Assembly: GCA_964423595.1 (NCBI GenBank)
Contig: CAYRFI010000006.1
Coordinates: forward strand, 8,458-72,457
DNA: 64,000 bases
Reading direction: 5' to 3'
Source of the DNA: an uncultured Thermoanaerobaculia bacterium
Lineage (GTDB): Bacteria; Acidobacteriota; Thermoanaerobaculia; Thermoanaerobaculales; Sulfomarinibacteraceae
Shown: piece after piece, positions 20,145 through 28,780 of the stretch
Layout: every line of letters begins with the position of its first letter
Numbering within the stretch: position 1 is the first letter of the stretch
Notes under the pieces: model-generated
The model's input: the letters and a program-made list of their open reading frames with translations, nothing else
Told to the model about the DNA's origin: nothing
The model's database searches: none
Made by a program: the position numbers and the translations under genes

Positions 20145-21254
20145 TCAGTTCGCGTAGAACTCCTCGATTGCGTGCACAACCTCTTCCTGCTCGCTCTCGG
20201 TCAACTCCGGAAACACTGGCAACGCCAGCACCTCTCGACTCGCCTCCTCGGCGACCGGGAATTCTCCCTGCTCGTGGCCGAGTCCCTCGAAGCACGGCTG
20301 AAGATGCAGAGGCAACGGATAGTAAACCGCCGCGCCGATGCCCCGATCCGCCAGAAATGCTCGCAACTCGTCCCGGCGCTGAACTCGCACGACGTATTGG
20401 TTGAAGGTGTGGCCGCGGCCGGAAACGGCCTCCGGCAGCTGCACCGTTTGCTCGAGACCCGCGTTGGCGAAGAGACGACGGTAGCGATCGGCGTTGGCGC
20501 GCCGCCCCTCGATCCACGCGCCAACATGCGGGAGCTTGACCCTGAGGATCGCCGCCTGCAGCGCATCGATACGGAAGTTCCCACCCACAACCGGGTGCTG
20601 GTAGGGGCCCGACTGACCGTGCATTCGCAGCTCGCGAAGGCTACGGTCAAGCTCGGCGTTGTCTGTTGTCACCAACCCACCGTCGCCAAAACAGCCCAGG
20701 TTTTTCGACGGAAAGAACGAAAACGCGCCCATGGCCCCGATCGAACCGACCTGGGCGCCATTGAAGTCCGCTCCCCAGGCCTGCGCGCAGTCCTCCACCA
20801 CCGGCACATCGCCCGCAACCTTCATGATCCGGTCCATCGCTGCCGCCTGACCAAAGAGATGGACCGGGATGATTGCGCGTGTCCGGTCGTTGATACTGAC
20901 ATGAAGGTGCTCCGGATCCATGCAGAAATCGACGGGATCGACATCGACAAAGACCGGGGTCGCGCCCAGGCGCGACACCACCCCGGCCGTCGCGAAGAAC
21001 GTAAAAGTCGGCAGGATCACCTCATCGCCGCGGCCAACGCCAAGCGCCATCAGAGCAACGAGCAGTGCGTCGGTGCCCGAGGTGACGCCAACGGCGTGTA
21101 ATGTTTCCAGCGCCACAGCCGATTCGCGCTCGAAAGCGTCGACCTCGGCGCCGAGGATGAATCGTTGTGAATCACAGACGCGATCGATGGCCTGGCGCAT
21201 CTCCTCACGCAGGGGTTCGTACTGTCGCGTCAGATCGAGCAGCGGCACGGGCAT
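20145..21254 (-). CDS. DegT/DnrJ/EryC1/StrS-family PLP-dependent sugar aminotransferase
   Basis: VPLLDLTRQYEPLREEM, GAEVDAFERE, FSFFPSKNLG (PLP-Lys region) and LALPVFPELT. ATG 21254 follows GGAGG at 8-nt spacing. Confidence 0.9.
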   Translation of the reverse strand: MPVPLLDLTRQYEPLREEMRQAIDRVCDSQRFILGAEVDAFERESAVALETLHAVGVTSGTDALLVALMALGVGRGDEVILPTFTFFATAGVVSRLGATPVFVDVDPVDFCMDPEHLHVSINDRTRAIIPVHLFGQAAAMDRIMKVAGDVPVVEDCAQAWGADFNGAQVGSIGAMGAFSFFPSKNLGCFGDGGLVTTDNAELDRSLRELRMHGQSGPYQHPVVGGNFRIDALQAAILRVKLPHVGAWIEGRRANADRYRRLFANAGLEQTVQLPEAVSGRGHTFNQYVVRVQRRDELRAFLADRGIGAAVYYPLPLHLQPCFEGLGHEQGEFPVAEEASREVLALPVFPELTESEQEEVVHAIEEFYAN

Positions 21255-21298
21255 TCCAGGCACCTCCAATGTCGTGAACGGGACATAGAGTACCTCGT

Positions 21299-21414
21299 GA
21301 ATGAGGAATTAGGAATTGGGAATTAGGAATTTCCCGACACACTTCCCAACAACATCGTCGCAAACAGGGGTGGGCGGGCGGCATTCCTCATTTCTCATTC
21401 CTAACTCCTCATTC
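21299..21414. repeat. H7 element, GGAATTA word type (type example)
   Basis: Arm GAATGAG-GAATTAG-GAATTGG-GAATTAG-GAATT, a 35-nt spacer, core GGGGTGGGCGGGCGG (21367-21381), and arm CATTCCT-CATTTCT-CATTCCT-AACTCCT-CATTC. The arms are complementary at 27/33 positions. Confidence 0.75.
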
Positions 21415-21466
21415 TTCTATTTGCTAACATGATTCGGCGACTCGTCGTCGCGACAAGGGAGCAGTC

Positions 21467-22795
21467 ATGCACATCTGTGTTGTTGGTACCGGCTACGTCG
21501 GGCTCGTCACCGGAGCCTGTCTGGCCGATTTCGGCATCAACGTCACCTGCGTCGACAAGGACGAGGAGAAGATTGCCAAGCTCCTCGACGGCGAAATCCC
21601 AATCTACGAGCCCGGGCTCGACTCGTTGGTGGATAAGAACGCGAAAGCGGGACGTCTCCACTTCTCGACCGATCTCGCCCCGGCTATACAGCACGCCCTC
21701 GCTATCTTCATCGCGGTCGGCACCCCGCCGAAGGAAGACGGCTCTGCTGACCTCTCGTACGTCGTTCAGGTCGCAGAGGCTATTGCCGACAATCTCAACG
21801 GCTACAAGGTCGTGGTCACCAAATCCACGGTGCCAATCGGGACGGGGCAATTGATCGAGAAGATCATGACCGAACGAGGCAGCAGTGCCCATCCGTTTTC
21901 GGTCGTCTCCAACCCCGAATTCCTTCGTGAAGGGTCCGCGATCGCCGACTTCATGCGGCCCGACAGGGTCGTCATCGGTGCTCGCGACGCTCAGGCCGTG
22001 GCCATCATGAAGGACATTTACTCACCGCTCTACCTGATCGAAACCCCATTCGTGATCACAAACGTCGAATCTTCCGAGCTCATCAAGTACGCCTCGAACG
22101 CGTTCCTCGCGACCAAGATCACTTTCATCAATGAAGTCGCCGAGCTCTGCGACCGACTCGGCGCGGATGTCCATCACGTCGCCAAGGGAATGGGGCTCGA
22201 CAAACGCATCGGACCGAAATTTCTCCATCCGGGGCCGGGATACGGAGGCTCGTGCTTCCCAAAGGACACTCACGCGATGTCTGAGATCGCGCGCGAGGCC
22301 GGCCGCCCGTTCGAGATCGTTGACACGGTCATTGCGGTCAACGACCGGATCAAGGAACGGGCCGTCGAACGTGTCGAGGAGGCGATTGGCGAGAACCTCG
22401 AAGGCAAGACTGTGGCAGTACTCGGTCTCAGCTTCAAGCCAGAAACAGACGACATGCGCGAATCGTCCTCGATCCCGTTGGTCACGGCACTAGTTCAGGG
22501 CGGCGCAAAGGTCAAGGCATTTGACCCCGTGGCGATGGACAACGCACGCGCAATTCTGCCCCAGAGTGTGCAGTACTGCGAGGACGCCTACGACGCTGCC
22601 GACGGAGCCGATGCAATGATCATCGTCACTGAATGGAACCAGTTCCGTTCCCTTGACATGGAGCGCGTTCGTTCCTCGCTGAGACAGCCGGTGGTGGTCG
22701 ACCTCCGCAACCTATACGACCCGAAGCGGATGAAAGACCAGGGATTCCGGTACTCCAGCTTCGGCCGTGCTGCGAAAGACCTTCCGGGCGAGTAG
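21467..22795 (+). CDS. ugd: UDP-glucose 6-dehydrogenase
   Basis: MHICVVGTGYVGLVTGACLADFG, NPEFLREGSA, GGSCFPKD (catalytic Cys) and LGLSFKPETDDMRES. Confidence 0.95.
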   Translation: MHICVVGTGYVGLVTGACLADFGINVTCVDKDEEKIAKLLDGEIPIYEPGLDSLVDKNAKAGRLHFSTDLAPAIQHALAIFIAVGTPPKEDGSADLSYVVQVAEAIADNLNGYKVVVTKSTVPIGTGQLIEKIMTERGSSAHPFSVVSNPEFLREGSAIADFMRPDRVVIGARDAQAVAIMKDIYSPLYLIETPFVITNVESSELIKYASNAFLATKITFINEVAELCDRLGADVHHVAKGMGLDKRIGPKFLHPGPGYGGSCFPKDTHAMSEIAREAGRPFEIVDTVIAVNDRIKERAVERVEEAIGENLEGKTVAVLGLSFKPETDDMRESSSIPLVTALVQGGAKVKAFDPVAMDNARAILPQSVQYCEDAYDAADGADAMIIVTEWNQFRSLDMERVRSSLRQPVVVDLRNLYDPKRMKDQGFRYSSFGRAAKDLPGE

Positions 22796-22817
22796 CTCGT
22801 TTGGGGTGTCCGCGAAA

Positions 22818-22919
22818 GTAATCAGTAAACAGTGACCAGTAACCAATTCTGAGACTTCGACTTCCTCCCGAGAACGGGGTTGGGGCGGGTCTGGTTACTG
22901 GTTACTTGTTACTAATTAC
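22818..22919. repeat. H7 element, GTAACCA word type
   Basis: Arm GTAATCA-GTAAACA-GTGACCA-GTAACCA, a spacer, core CGGGGTTGGGGCGGGTC (22875-22891), and arm TGGTTAC-TGGTTAC-TTGTTAC-TAATTAC. The arms are complementary at 24/28 positions. Confidence 0.75.
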
Positions 22920-22969
22920 CTCTTCTGACCAGCTTGACCGATCGGGCGGCGACCGCGAAACTGGATGCC

Positions 22970-23371
22970 ATGACTGCCGACGACTCAGTGCGGCTCGATA
23001 TCTGGCTTGATGTGGCGTGTATCTTCAAAACACGCTCGCAGGCCCAGACCGCGTGCGCGCGCGGCCGGGTCGAGGTCAACGGAGACCGAGGTAAACCGCA
23101 CCGTGCCGTGCGACCGGGAGACATCATCCGAATCCAGCTCCCCGGTGGCCGCCGCCGAATTATCGAGGTTCTCGAGCTCGAGTCGACGAACGTATCGAAG
23201 GCTCGTGCACGCGAGCTGTATAGCGACCACACACCACCCCCGACACCCGAGGAGATCGAGCTTCGCAAAATGCAGCGGTTGTCCGCACCTCCCAGGCGCG
23301 CCCGCGGCAGCGGCGCGCCGAAGAAAAGAGAACGCCGCGATCTCCGCCGGCTGAAGGAAGAGTGGGAGTGA
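22970..23371 (+). CDS. S4-domain RNA-binding protein (Hsp15/HslR-like) with basic tail
   Basis: VRLDIWLDVACIFKTRSQAQTACARGRVEVNGDRGKPHRAVRPGDIIRI is an S4 fold pattern. ATG 22970 is preferred; in-frame TTG 22934 is possible. Confidence 0.75.
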   Translation: MTADDSVRLDIWLDVACIFKTRSQAQTACARGRVEVNGDRGKPHRAVRPGDIIRIQLPGGRRRIIEVLELESTNVSKARARELYSDHTPPPTPEEIELRKMQRLSAPPRRARGSGAPKKRERRDLRRLKEEWE

Positions 23372-23373
23372 GT

Positions 23374-23462
23374 GCGAAATCGGAATGAGGAATTCGGAAT
23401 TCTGAATTCCCAACCGCCCACCCCGGGAAATTTCGGATTTCGAATTTCGGATTTCGAATTTG
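23374..23462. repeat. H7 element, GGAATTC/GAATTTC word type, core in C-rich orientation
   Basis: Arm GCGAAAT-CGGAATG-AGGAATT-CGGAATT-CTGAATT, core CCAACCGCCCACCCCGGG (23409-23427), and arm AAATTTC-GGATTTC-GAATTTC-GGATTTC-GAATTTG. It begins 3 nt after the stop of the S4-domain gene. Confidence 0.75.
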
Positions 23463-23677
23463 CCACCGGACCAATAGGCAGTAAGGCTATGCGGCGTTAC
23501 GGCTCTAAGGCACTTCAAACATGGCCCTTGATGAATAGGAAGAAACTCTTGCCCGAGACTATTTCCGCTCTCCTTCCTCAGAAAGGCGCGGTGGGCGAAG
23601 CCCAACGTGGCTTTCTGAGGTTAGAATAGCCGGACCCAATCATGGGGTGTGGCCAGGTACGACCGCTGGAGGTATGA

Positions 23678-25003
23678 ATGAGCAAAGAGGCCAACTGGGA
23701 CAAGCTGGTCGTTGGTGGCACGGTGTTGACGATGGAACCGGACACCAAGCCCATCAAGAACGGCGCCGTCGCGATCGCCGACGGCCGTATCGCCGCCGTC
23801 GGTCCGGCTGAAGAGCTGTTCGAGATGGCGCCATCGGGCGATGTCCTCAACGCCGGCAACTGTCTGGTACTTCCCGGTCTCGTCAACACTCATTCCCACC
23901 TCGCCATGACCCTTCTTCGCGGCGTCGCCGATGACCTGCCTTTGATGGATTGGCTCGAAGGCCATATTTGGCCCGCCGAAAAAGAACACATGAACCAAGA
24001 AACAGTGCGCCTCGGTACCGAGCTTGCGATCGCCGAGCAGTTCTTGGCCGGAGTCACAACCACCACCGACATGTACTTCTTCGCGGACGAGGTCAGCGAA
24101 GTACTGGCCGAAGCCGGCATGCGCGCCGTCGTCGCCGAATCGCTGATCGGCTTCCCAACGCCGCGCTGCGCGACCACGGATGAGATGTTGGCCAAACAAC
24201 GTGACCTTCTCGAGGCCTATAAAGGCCACCCTCTCATCACGCCATCCGTAGCGGCCCACGCCCCGTACTCCGTGCAGGCGGCCGATTTGGTGGCCGAAAC
24301 GGAGCTGGCCGAGGAGTACGAGGTGCCGATGCAGATTCACCTCGCCGAGACGGCATGGGAGGTCGAGAAGCTGCTCGAAGAAAAGGGGCTTTCTCCGGTC
24401 GCCTACCTCGCCAACCTGGGTGTTCTCTCAGAGCGCACGGTAGCCGCCCATTGCGTACACGTATCGCCAGAGGATATCGAGCTCCTGGCTGAGTTCGAGG
24501 TAGGTGTCTCTCACAACCCGGTCAGCAATCTCAAGCTGGCGTCTGGGATTTCACCGGTTCCGGCACTGTTGGAAGGCGGAGTCAAGCTCGGCCTCGGGAC
24601 CGACGGCACCGCCTCCAATAACACCCTCGACCTGTTGCGCGACATGCAGCTGGCTGCCCTTCTCCACAAGGGCGTCACGGGAGACCCGACGGTCCTGCCC
24701 GCCCGCACCATGATCGAGCTGGCGACCATCGGCGGCGCTCAGGTCCTTGGCCTGGCCGATCGGATCGGGACCCTTACTGAAGGGCACGACGCGGACATCA
24801 TTTGCGTTGCTATCGACGGACCGCACACCGCTCCGATGTACGACCCTTTCTCCCACATGGTCTTCGCCGCCCGCGCAGCCGACGTGCGCCACGTCGTGGT
24901 GCATGGCGCGGTGGTGGTGCGCAACCGCGAGCTACAGACACTTGACCGGGAGCGTATCGAGGCGCGGGCGCGGGAGTTTTCGGAAAAGGTTCGACCGAGC
25001 TGA
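23678..25003 (+). CDS. mtaD: Amidohydrolase, 5-methylthioadenosine/S-adenosylhomocysteine deaminase type
   Basis: LPGLVNTHSHLAMTLLRGVADDLPLMDWL, QIHLAET, AHCVH and GLGTDGTASNN metal-ligand pattern. GGAGG lies 8 nt upstream of the ATG. Confidence 0.85.
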   Translation: MSKEANWDKLVVGGTVLTMEPDTKPIKNGAVAIADGRIAAVGPAEELFEMAPSGDVLNAGNCLVLPGLVNTHSHLAMTLLRGVADDLPLMDWLEGHIWPAEKEHMNQETVRLGTELAIAEQFLAGVTTTTDMYFFADEVSEVLAEAGMRAVVAESLIGFPTPRCATTDEMLAKQRDLLEAYKGHPLITPSVAAHAPYSVQAADLVAETELAEEYEVPMQIHLAETAWEVEKLLEEKGLSPVAYLANLGVLSERTVAAHCVHVSPEDIELLAEFEVGVSHNPVSNLKLASGISPVPALLEGGVKLGLGTDGTASNNTLDLLRDMQLAALLHKGVTGDPTVLPARTMIELATIGGAQVLGLADRIGTLTEGHDADIICVAIDGPHTAPMYDPFSHMVFAARAADVRHVVVHGAVVVRNRELQTLDRERIEARAREFSEKVRPS

Positions 25004-25011
25004 AGGAGACA

Positions 25012-25905
25012 ATGATGACTAACATCCCCCAGAACATCCTCGCGGCCACTGACTTCTCAAAACCCGCGGAACGAGCAGGAGAATTTGCGCGCGAGCTCTC
25101 GCGTCGATTCAGGGCACAGCTCCACATGCTGCACGTGATTGTGATTCTCGAAGACCCCCATCTGGAAGAGGATCATCTTCACCGGCTCGAGGAGCTCGTG
25201 GCTTCCGGCGACGATGCACGCCGCAGGGACCTCGAAACCGGTTCCGAGGACCAGCCCGGGCTCGACGTCACCCCTCACATGGTGCGTGGTCTCGCCCCCG
25301 CCGAGGTGATTGTCGAAACGGCCTCCAAACTGGGGTGCGGGCTCATCGTGATGGGCACGCACGGCCGCAGGGGCCTGCCGCACCTCCTCCTGGGCTCCGT
25401 TGCGGAACGCGTCGTGCGCACATCGGCGGTACCGGTGTTGACCGTGCGCGGCGATGCCGATATCGAACTGGAGGGCGCGCCGCGGATCCTCGTCCCGCAC
25501 GACTTTTCCGAGGCGTCAGCCGCGGCCGTGCGCAGCGCGGCCGCGTGGGCCGATGCGCTAGGGGCGGAGATCACGCTCCTGCATGTGGTCGAACCGGTTG
25601 TCTACCCTGATTTCTACTCGGTCGACGTGCTTTCGGATGACCTCATGGAACGGCTCGTCGAACGTTCCGAAAGAGCGCTCGGTGCCGCGGTAGAGGACCT
25701 TCTTGGAAGTGCCAAGGCATACACCGAGGTCGAGGTGGGCCGGGCCGCAAGCACCATCGTCGATTTTGCCGATCCGGAACGTTTCGACCTCGTCATCATG
25801 GCAACACGAGGACTTTCGGCAATCGAGCACGCCCTCCTCGGATCGGTGGCGGAGTCGGTGCTCCGCCGCTGCAGAGTACCGTTGCTCGCTATCCCGGGCG
25901 CGTAA
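25012..25905 (+). CDS. Tandem universal stress protein (2 x UspA domain)
   Basis: Two repeats each end in a G-x2-G-x9-G-S motif (VMGTHGRRGLPHLLLGSVAERVV and IMATRGLSAIEHALLGSVAESVL). AAGGAG lies upstream. Confidence 0.85.
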   Translation: MMTNIPQNILAATDFSKPAERAGEFARELSRRFRAQLHMLHVIVILEDPHLEEDHLHRLEELVASGDDARRRDLETGSEDQPGLDVTPHMVRGLAPAEVIVETASKLGCGLIVMGTHGRRGLPHLLLGSVAERVVRTSAVPVLTVRGDADIELEGAPRILVPHDFSEASAAAVRSAAAWADALGAEITLLHVVEPVVYPDFYSVDVLSDDLMERLVERSERALGAAVEDLLGSAKAYTEVEVGRAASTIVDFADPERFDLVIMATRGLSAIEHALLGSVAESVLRRCRVPLLAIPGA

Positions 25906-25910
25906 ACTCC

Positions 25911-25957
25911 GCAATTCTCCACTGACTCAGCTTGAAGTTGAGTCAGTGGAGAATTGC
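25911..25957. terminator. Perfect 19-bp stem hairpin between convergent usp and pth (candidate bidirectional terminator)
   Basis: GCAATTCTCCACTGACTCA (25911-25929), loop GCTTGAAGT, TGAGTCAGTGGAGAATTGC (25939-25957). It starts 6 nt after the usp stop, and the right arm encodes the last pth codons. No U-tract follows. Confidence 0.5.
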
Positions 25958-26520
25958 TGCGCACGATTGAAGACGTTCATTGCGTTTTCGAGGCCCTTTT
26001 GCAGGGCCAATTCGATAGCGTCCGCGGCCCTGACCACCGAAGTGTCAGCGGCCACGGCCTCGTCATCGCTGAACGGGGACAGCACGTATTCTGCGAGATC
26101 ACCAGTCATGTCGTCGCCCCGCACTCCAACACGAAGGCGCGGGAAACCTGTGCCGACCGCCTCGCACAGGCTTCGGAGTCCGTTGTGGGTGCCGGGACTG
26201 CCCGAGCGACGCAGTCGAAGATTCGCCAGCGGCAGGTCGACGTCGTCGACCACCGCCAGCATGGATTCGGGCGTCAGTCCGAATTCTCGAAGGAGCCAAC
26301 CCGCCGCCTCACCCGACCGGTTCATGAAGGTCAAGGGACGCGACAACAGCACGAGCCGACCGACAGTGATCACCGCGAGCTCGCACGACGGGCGTTGGGC
26401 CCAGTCGGTCACACCGCGTCGCCTCGCCATCTCCTCGACCACCCGGAAACCGATGTTGTGGCGGGTTGAGGCGTAGTCGTCCCCTGGATTGCCCAATCCA
26501 AGAACCAGATCGATGGTCAT
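25927..26520 (-). CDS. pth: Peptidyl-tRNA hydrolase
   Basis: LVLGLGNPGDDYASTRHNIGF and GTHNGLRS motifs. The last ~9 codons lie in a perfect 19-bp hairpin. Confidence 0.95.
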   Translation of the reverse strand: MTIDLVLGLGNPGDDYASTRHNIGFRVVEEMARRRGVTDWAQRPSCELAVITVGRLVLLSRPLTFMNRSGEAAGWLLREFGLTPESMLAVVDDVDLPLANLRLRRSGSPGTHNGLRSLCEAVGTGFPRLRVGVRGDDMTGDLAEYVLSPFSDDEAVAADTSVVRAADAIELALQKGLENAMNVFNRAQQFSTDSTSS

Positions 26521-26552
26521 GGCGAGAAAAGAGGCCCGTGGTGCGTCGAACC

Positions 26553-27254
26553 CTATTCGGATCCTTCGCCCTCTTCGGCCTCCTCGCCCTTGCCCTTGCC
26601 GATAACCTCTGGCTCGGCAGCTTCCGCGATGACCGCTTCTTCCTCGAGGGCCTCTTCCACGACCTCTTCTTCGACGACACGCGGGAGCTCGACGACGACC
26701 ACGACTCGATCGTCGTCGTCAACGATCTTCGCGTTCTCGGGCAGCTGCGACGCAAGGTCAGCGACCTTCAGGTGCTCACCAACCTCGAGATTGCTGATAT
26801 CGAGGACGAATTTGTCGAACATGTCCCGCGGCAGGATCTCGATTTCGATCTCGCGCGAGACGAAGTCGATGCGGCCGCCATGACGGACACCGATGCAATC
26901 GCCAACCAGCTCCACCGGCATTTTGACCGTCAACTTGTGGCCTCGTGTAATGCGGATGAAATCGATGTGGATGAACTTGCCGCTGATTCGGTCGAGCTGG
27001 AGCTCTTTGATCATCGCAAGGCGCTCTTCATCCGTGTCTTTGAGTTTGAGGAGGAAGATAGTGTTCTCTCCCGCCGCACCCTTGAGGATCTCGCGAACTG
27101 CGCGTTCGTCCACCGAGATGGCTACCGGTGGCTTGTCACCACCGTAGAGCACCGCCGGCACCCTACCCTGATTGCGCATTCTGCCGGCGTCACCGGTGCC
27201 GCGGCCTTTGCGGGCCTCGACCGTGATTGTGATTTCTGGGGTCTGTGTTGCCAT
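26553..27254 (-). CDS. rplY: 50S ribosomal protein L25 / general stress protein Ctc, with acidic tail
   Basis: MATQTPEITITVEARKGRGTGDAGRMRNQGRVPAVLYGG start, then an E-rich C-terminus. The conserved prs-ctc-pth order supports the call. The tracked upstream extension to 27398 overlaps prs and is rejected. Confidence 0.9.
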   Translation of the reverse strand: MATQTPEITITVEARKGRGTGDAGRMRNQGRVPAVLYGGDKPPVAISVDERAVREILKGAAGENTIFLLKLKDTDEERLAMIKELQLDRISGKFIHIDFIRITRGHKLTVKMPVELVGDCIGVRHGGRIDFVSREIEIEILPRDMFDKFVLDISNLEVGEHLKVADLASQLPENAKIVDDDDRVVVVVELPRVVEEEVVEEALEEEAVIAEAAEPEVIGKGKGEEAEEGEGSE

Positions 27255-27285
27255 GAACGTAACTCCCTTGATGATTACTTCGTAG

Positions 27286-28233
27286 CTAAACGAAAAGGCT
27301 CGAGACCGACGCACCCTCATGAATTCGGCGGATCGCCTCTCCGAGTAGCACGGCCAGGGACAGCTGCTCAACTTTCGGGCTCGTCCTGGCCTTTTCACTG
27401 AGGGCGATGGTGTCGGTCACCATGACCTTTTTGATCGGTGATGCATCGAGGCGGTCGATTGCGGGGCCTGAAAACACCGGATGGACGCCCGTCGCGTAGA
27501 CCGAGCGGGCTCCACGTTCGATCAGAGCCTCCGCAGAGTGGACCAGGGTTCCTGCGGTATCGATAATGTCGTCGACGATGACGCAGTCACAGCCTTTGAC
27601 ATTTCCGATGACGTTCATGATCTCTGCCCGATTTGCTTCCGGCCGTCGCTTGTCCATGATGGCGAGATCGAGCTTCAGACGTTTGGCGAAAGCCCGAGCT
27701 CGTTCAACGCCGCCCGCGTCGGGAGAAACCAGCATCGGATTTGCGAGCGCTTTGCGACGAATCGCTTCGATCAGAACCGGAGCCGCATAGAGGTGGTCCA
27801 CCGGAATATCGAAAAAGCCCTGAATCTGGGCCGCGTGGAGATCGATTGTCAGGACTCGGCCCGCTCCCGCAGTTGTGATCAGATTCGCAACCAACTTGGC
27901 CGTAATCGGTACCCGCGGCGCGTCCTTCCGATCCTGTCGGGCATAACCCATGTAGGGCATCACCACGCAGACCCTTGTTGGCGAAGCCCTGCGAAGGGCG
28001 TCGAGCATGATGAGGAGCTCCATCAAGTTTTCATTGGGCGGTGGCCCGGTCGGCTGGACGATGAACACGTCGGCGCCGCGTGCGTTCTCCTCTATTTGGC
28101 AATACAGCTCTCCGTCTGAGAAGTTGCCGAGACGCATCCTCCCCATCTCGATCTGCAGATAACCGCAGATCGATTCGGTCAGTGCCGGGTTGGCACGACC
28201 TGAAAATACCAACAGAGGCGATTCTCTCAGCAT
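27286..28233 (-). CDS. prs: Ribose-phosphate pyrophosphokinase
   Basis: FSGRANPALTESI, FIVQPT, YMGYARQDRK and DCVIVDDIIDTAGT (PRPP-binding loop). Confidence 0.95.
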   Translation of the reverse strand: MLRESPLLVFSGRANPALTESICGYLQIEMGRMRLGNFSDGELYCQIEENARGADVFIVQPTGPPPNENLMELLIMLDALRRASPTRVCVVMPYMGYARQDRKDAPRVPITAKLVANLITTAGAGRVLTIDLHAAQIQGFFDIPVDHLYAAPVLIEAIRRKALANPMLVSPDAGGVERARAFAKRLKLDLAIMDKRRPEANRAEIMNVIGNVKGCDCVIVDDIIDTAGTLVHSAEALIERGARSVYATGVHPVFSGPAIDRLDASPIKKVMVTDTIALSEKARTSPKVEQLSLAVLLGEAIRRIHEGASVSSLFV

Positions 28234-28247
28234 GTGCTGCCTATCTC

Positions 28248-28322
28248 TTGGCTGGGGCGGCAGGATTCGAACCTGCGAATGCCGGATCCAAAGACCGGTG
28301 GCTTACCGCTTGCCGACGCCCC
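28248..28322 (-). tRNA. tRNA-Gln (anticodon TTG)
   Basis: Minus-strand 75-nt cloverleaf: TGGGGCGTCGGCAAGCGGTAAGCCACCGGTCTTTGGATCCGGCATTCGCAGGTTCGAATCCTGCCGCCCCAGCCA. Acceptor is TGGGGCG/CGCCCCA, anticodon loop CTTTGGA, T-arm GCAGG-TTCGAAT-CCTGC, and CCA is encoded. Closely resembles E. coli tRNA-Gln (from memory). Confidence 0.9.
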
Positions 28323-28360
28323 AAGCGCCGGAGAGTATACAAGATTTCCGGACTGACGCC

Positions 28361-28759
28361 TTACTCCTTGTCGGCGTCGATGGACGGCGCGTCGCTCGTC
28401 CAGAACTCCTCGTTGAAAAGCCTGGCCGACAACCGGTCGAGCACTGATGTGCTCTGCTCATTGTCCTCGGATCGTCGATTGCCACGTTCCGCGACGATGC
28501 GGTTTTGCCGGGCGGACTCGTACTCCTCGAGAACTCGCTGCTCAATTTGTTCGCGAGTCTCGCCGTTGAGAGGGTGGGCGATGTCACGCATCTGGCCGTT
28601 CCGCGTCTTTCGAGCCGGCATAGTCACGAAGACCTGCCCCTCGCGCCCTTCGACGACCCGCAGATCGTTGACGATGAAACAGTCGTCGAAGACAACGCTG
28701 GCAAAGGCTCGTACCTTACCGCCCTTTGCCGGACTGATGCGCACCTCGGTCACCTTCAT
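28361..28759 (-). CDS. spoVG: SpoVG family protein
   Basis: MKVTEVRISPAKGGKVRAFASVVFDDCFIVNDLRVVEGREGQVFVTMP is the canonical SpoVG N-domain. ATG 28759 follows GGAGGA. Confidence 0.9.
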   Translation of the reverse strand: MKVTEVRISPAKGGKVRAFASVVFDDCFIVNDLRVVEGREGQVFVTMPARKTRNGQMRDIAHPLNGETREQIEQRVLEEYESARQNRIVAERGNRRSEDNEQSTSVLDRLSARLFNEEFWTSDAPSIDADKE

Positions 28760-28780
28760 ACTTTCCTCCATGAAGCCCGA

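Noticed and set aside
21299-21414. Tandem short repeats in intergenic regions considered as CRISPR arrays or iterons.
   Set aside because: The period is 7 nt with no unique spacers, and arrays have only 3-5 units arranged as inverted arms. No cas or rep genes are nearby. They are not CRISPR.
23463-23677. The lower-GC stretch upstream of mtaD, with a 10-bp stem (CCTCAGAAAG...CTTTCTGAGG), considered as an SAH/SAM-type riboswitch or sRNA.
   Set aside because: I could not match any riboswitch consensus by eye. The stem plus the downstream TAGAAT may simply be a terminator and promoter. The evidence is insufficient to call a feature.
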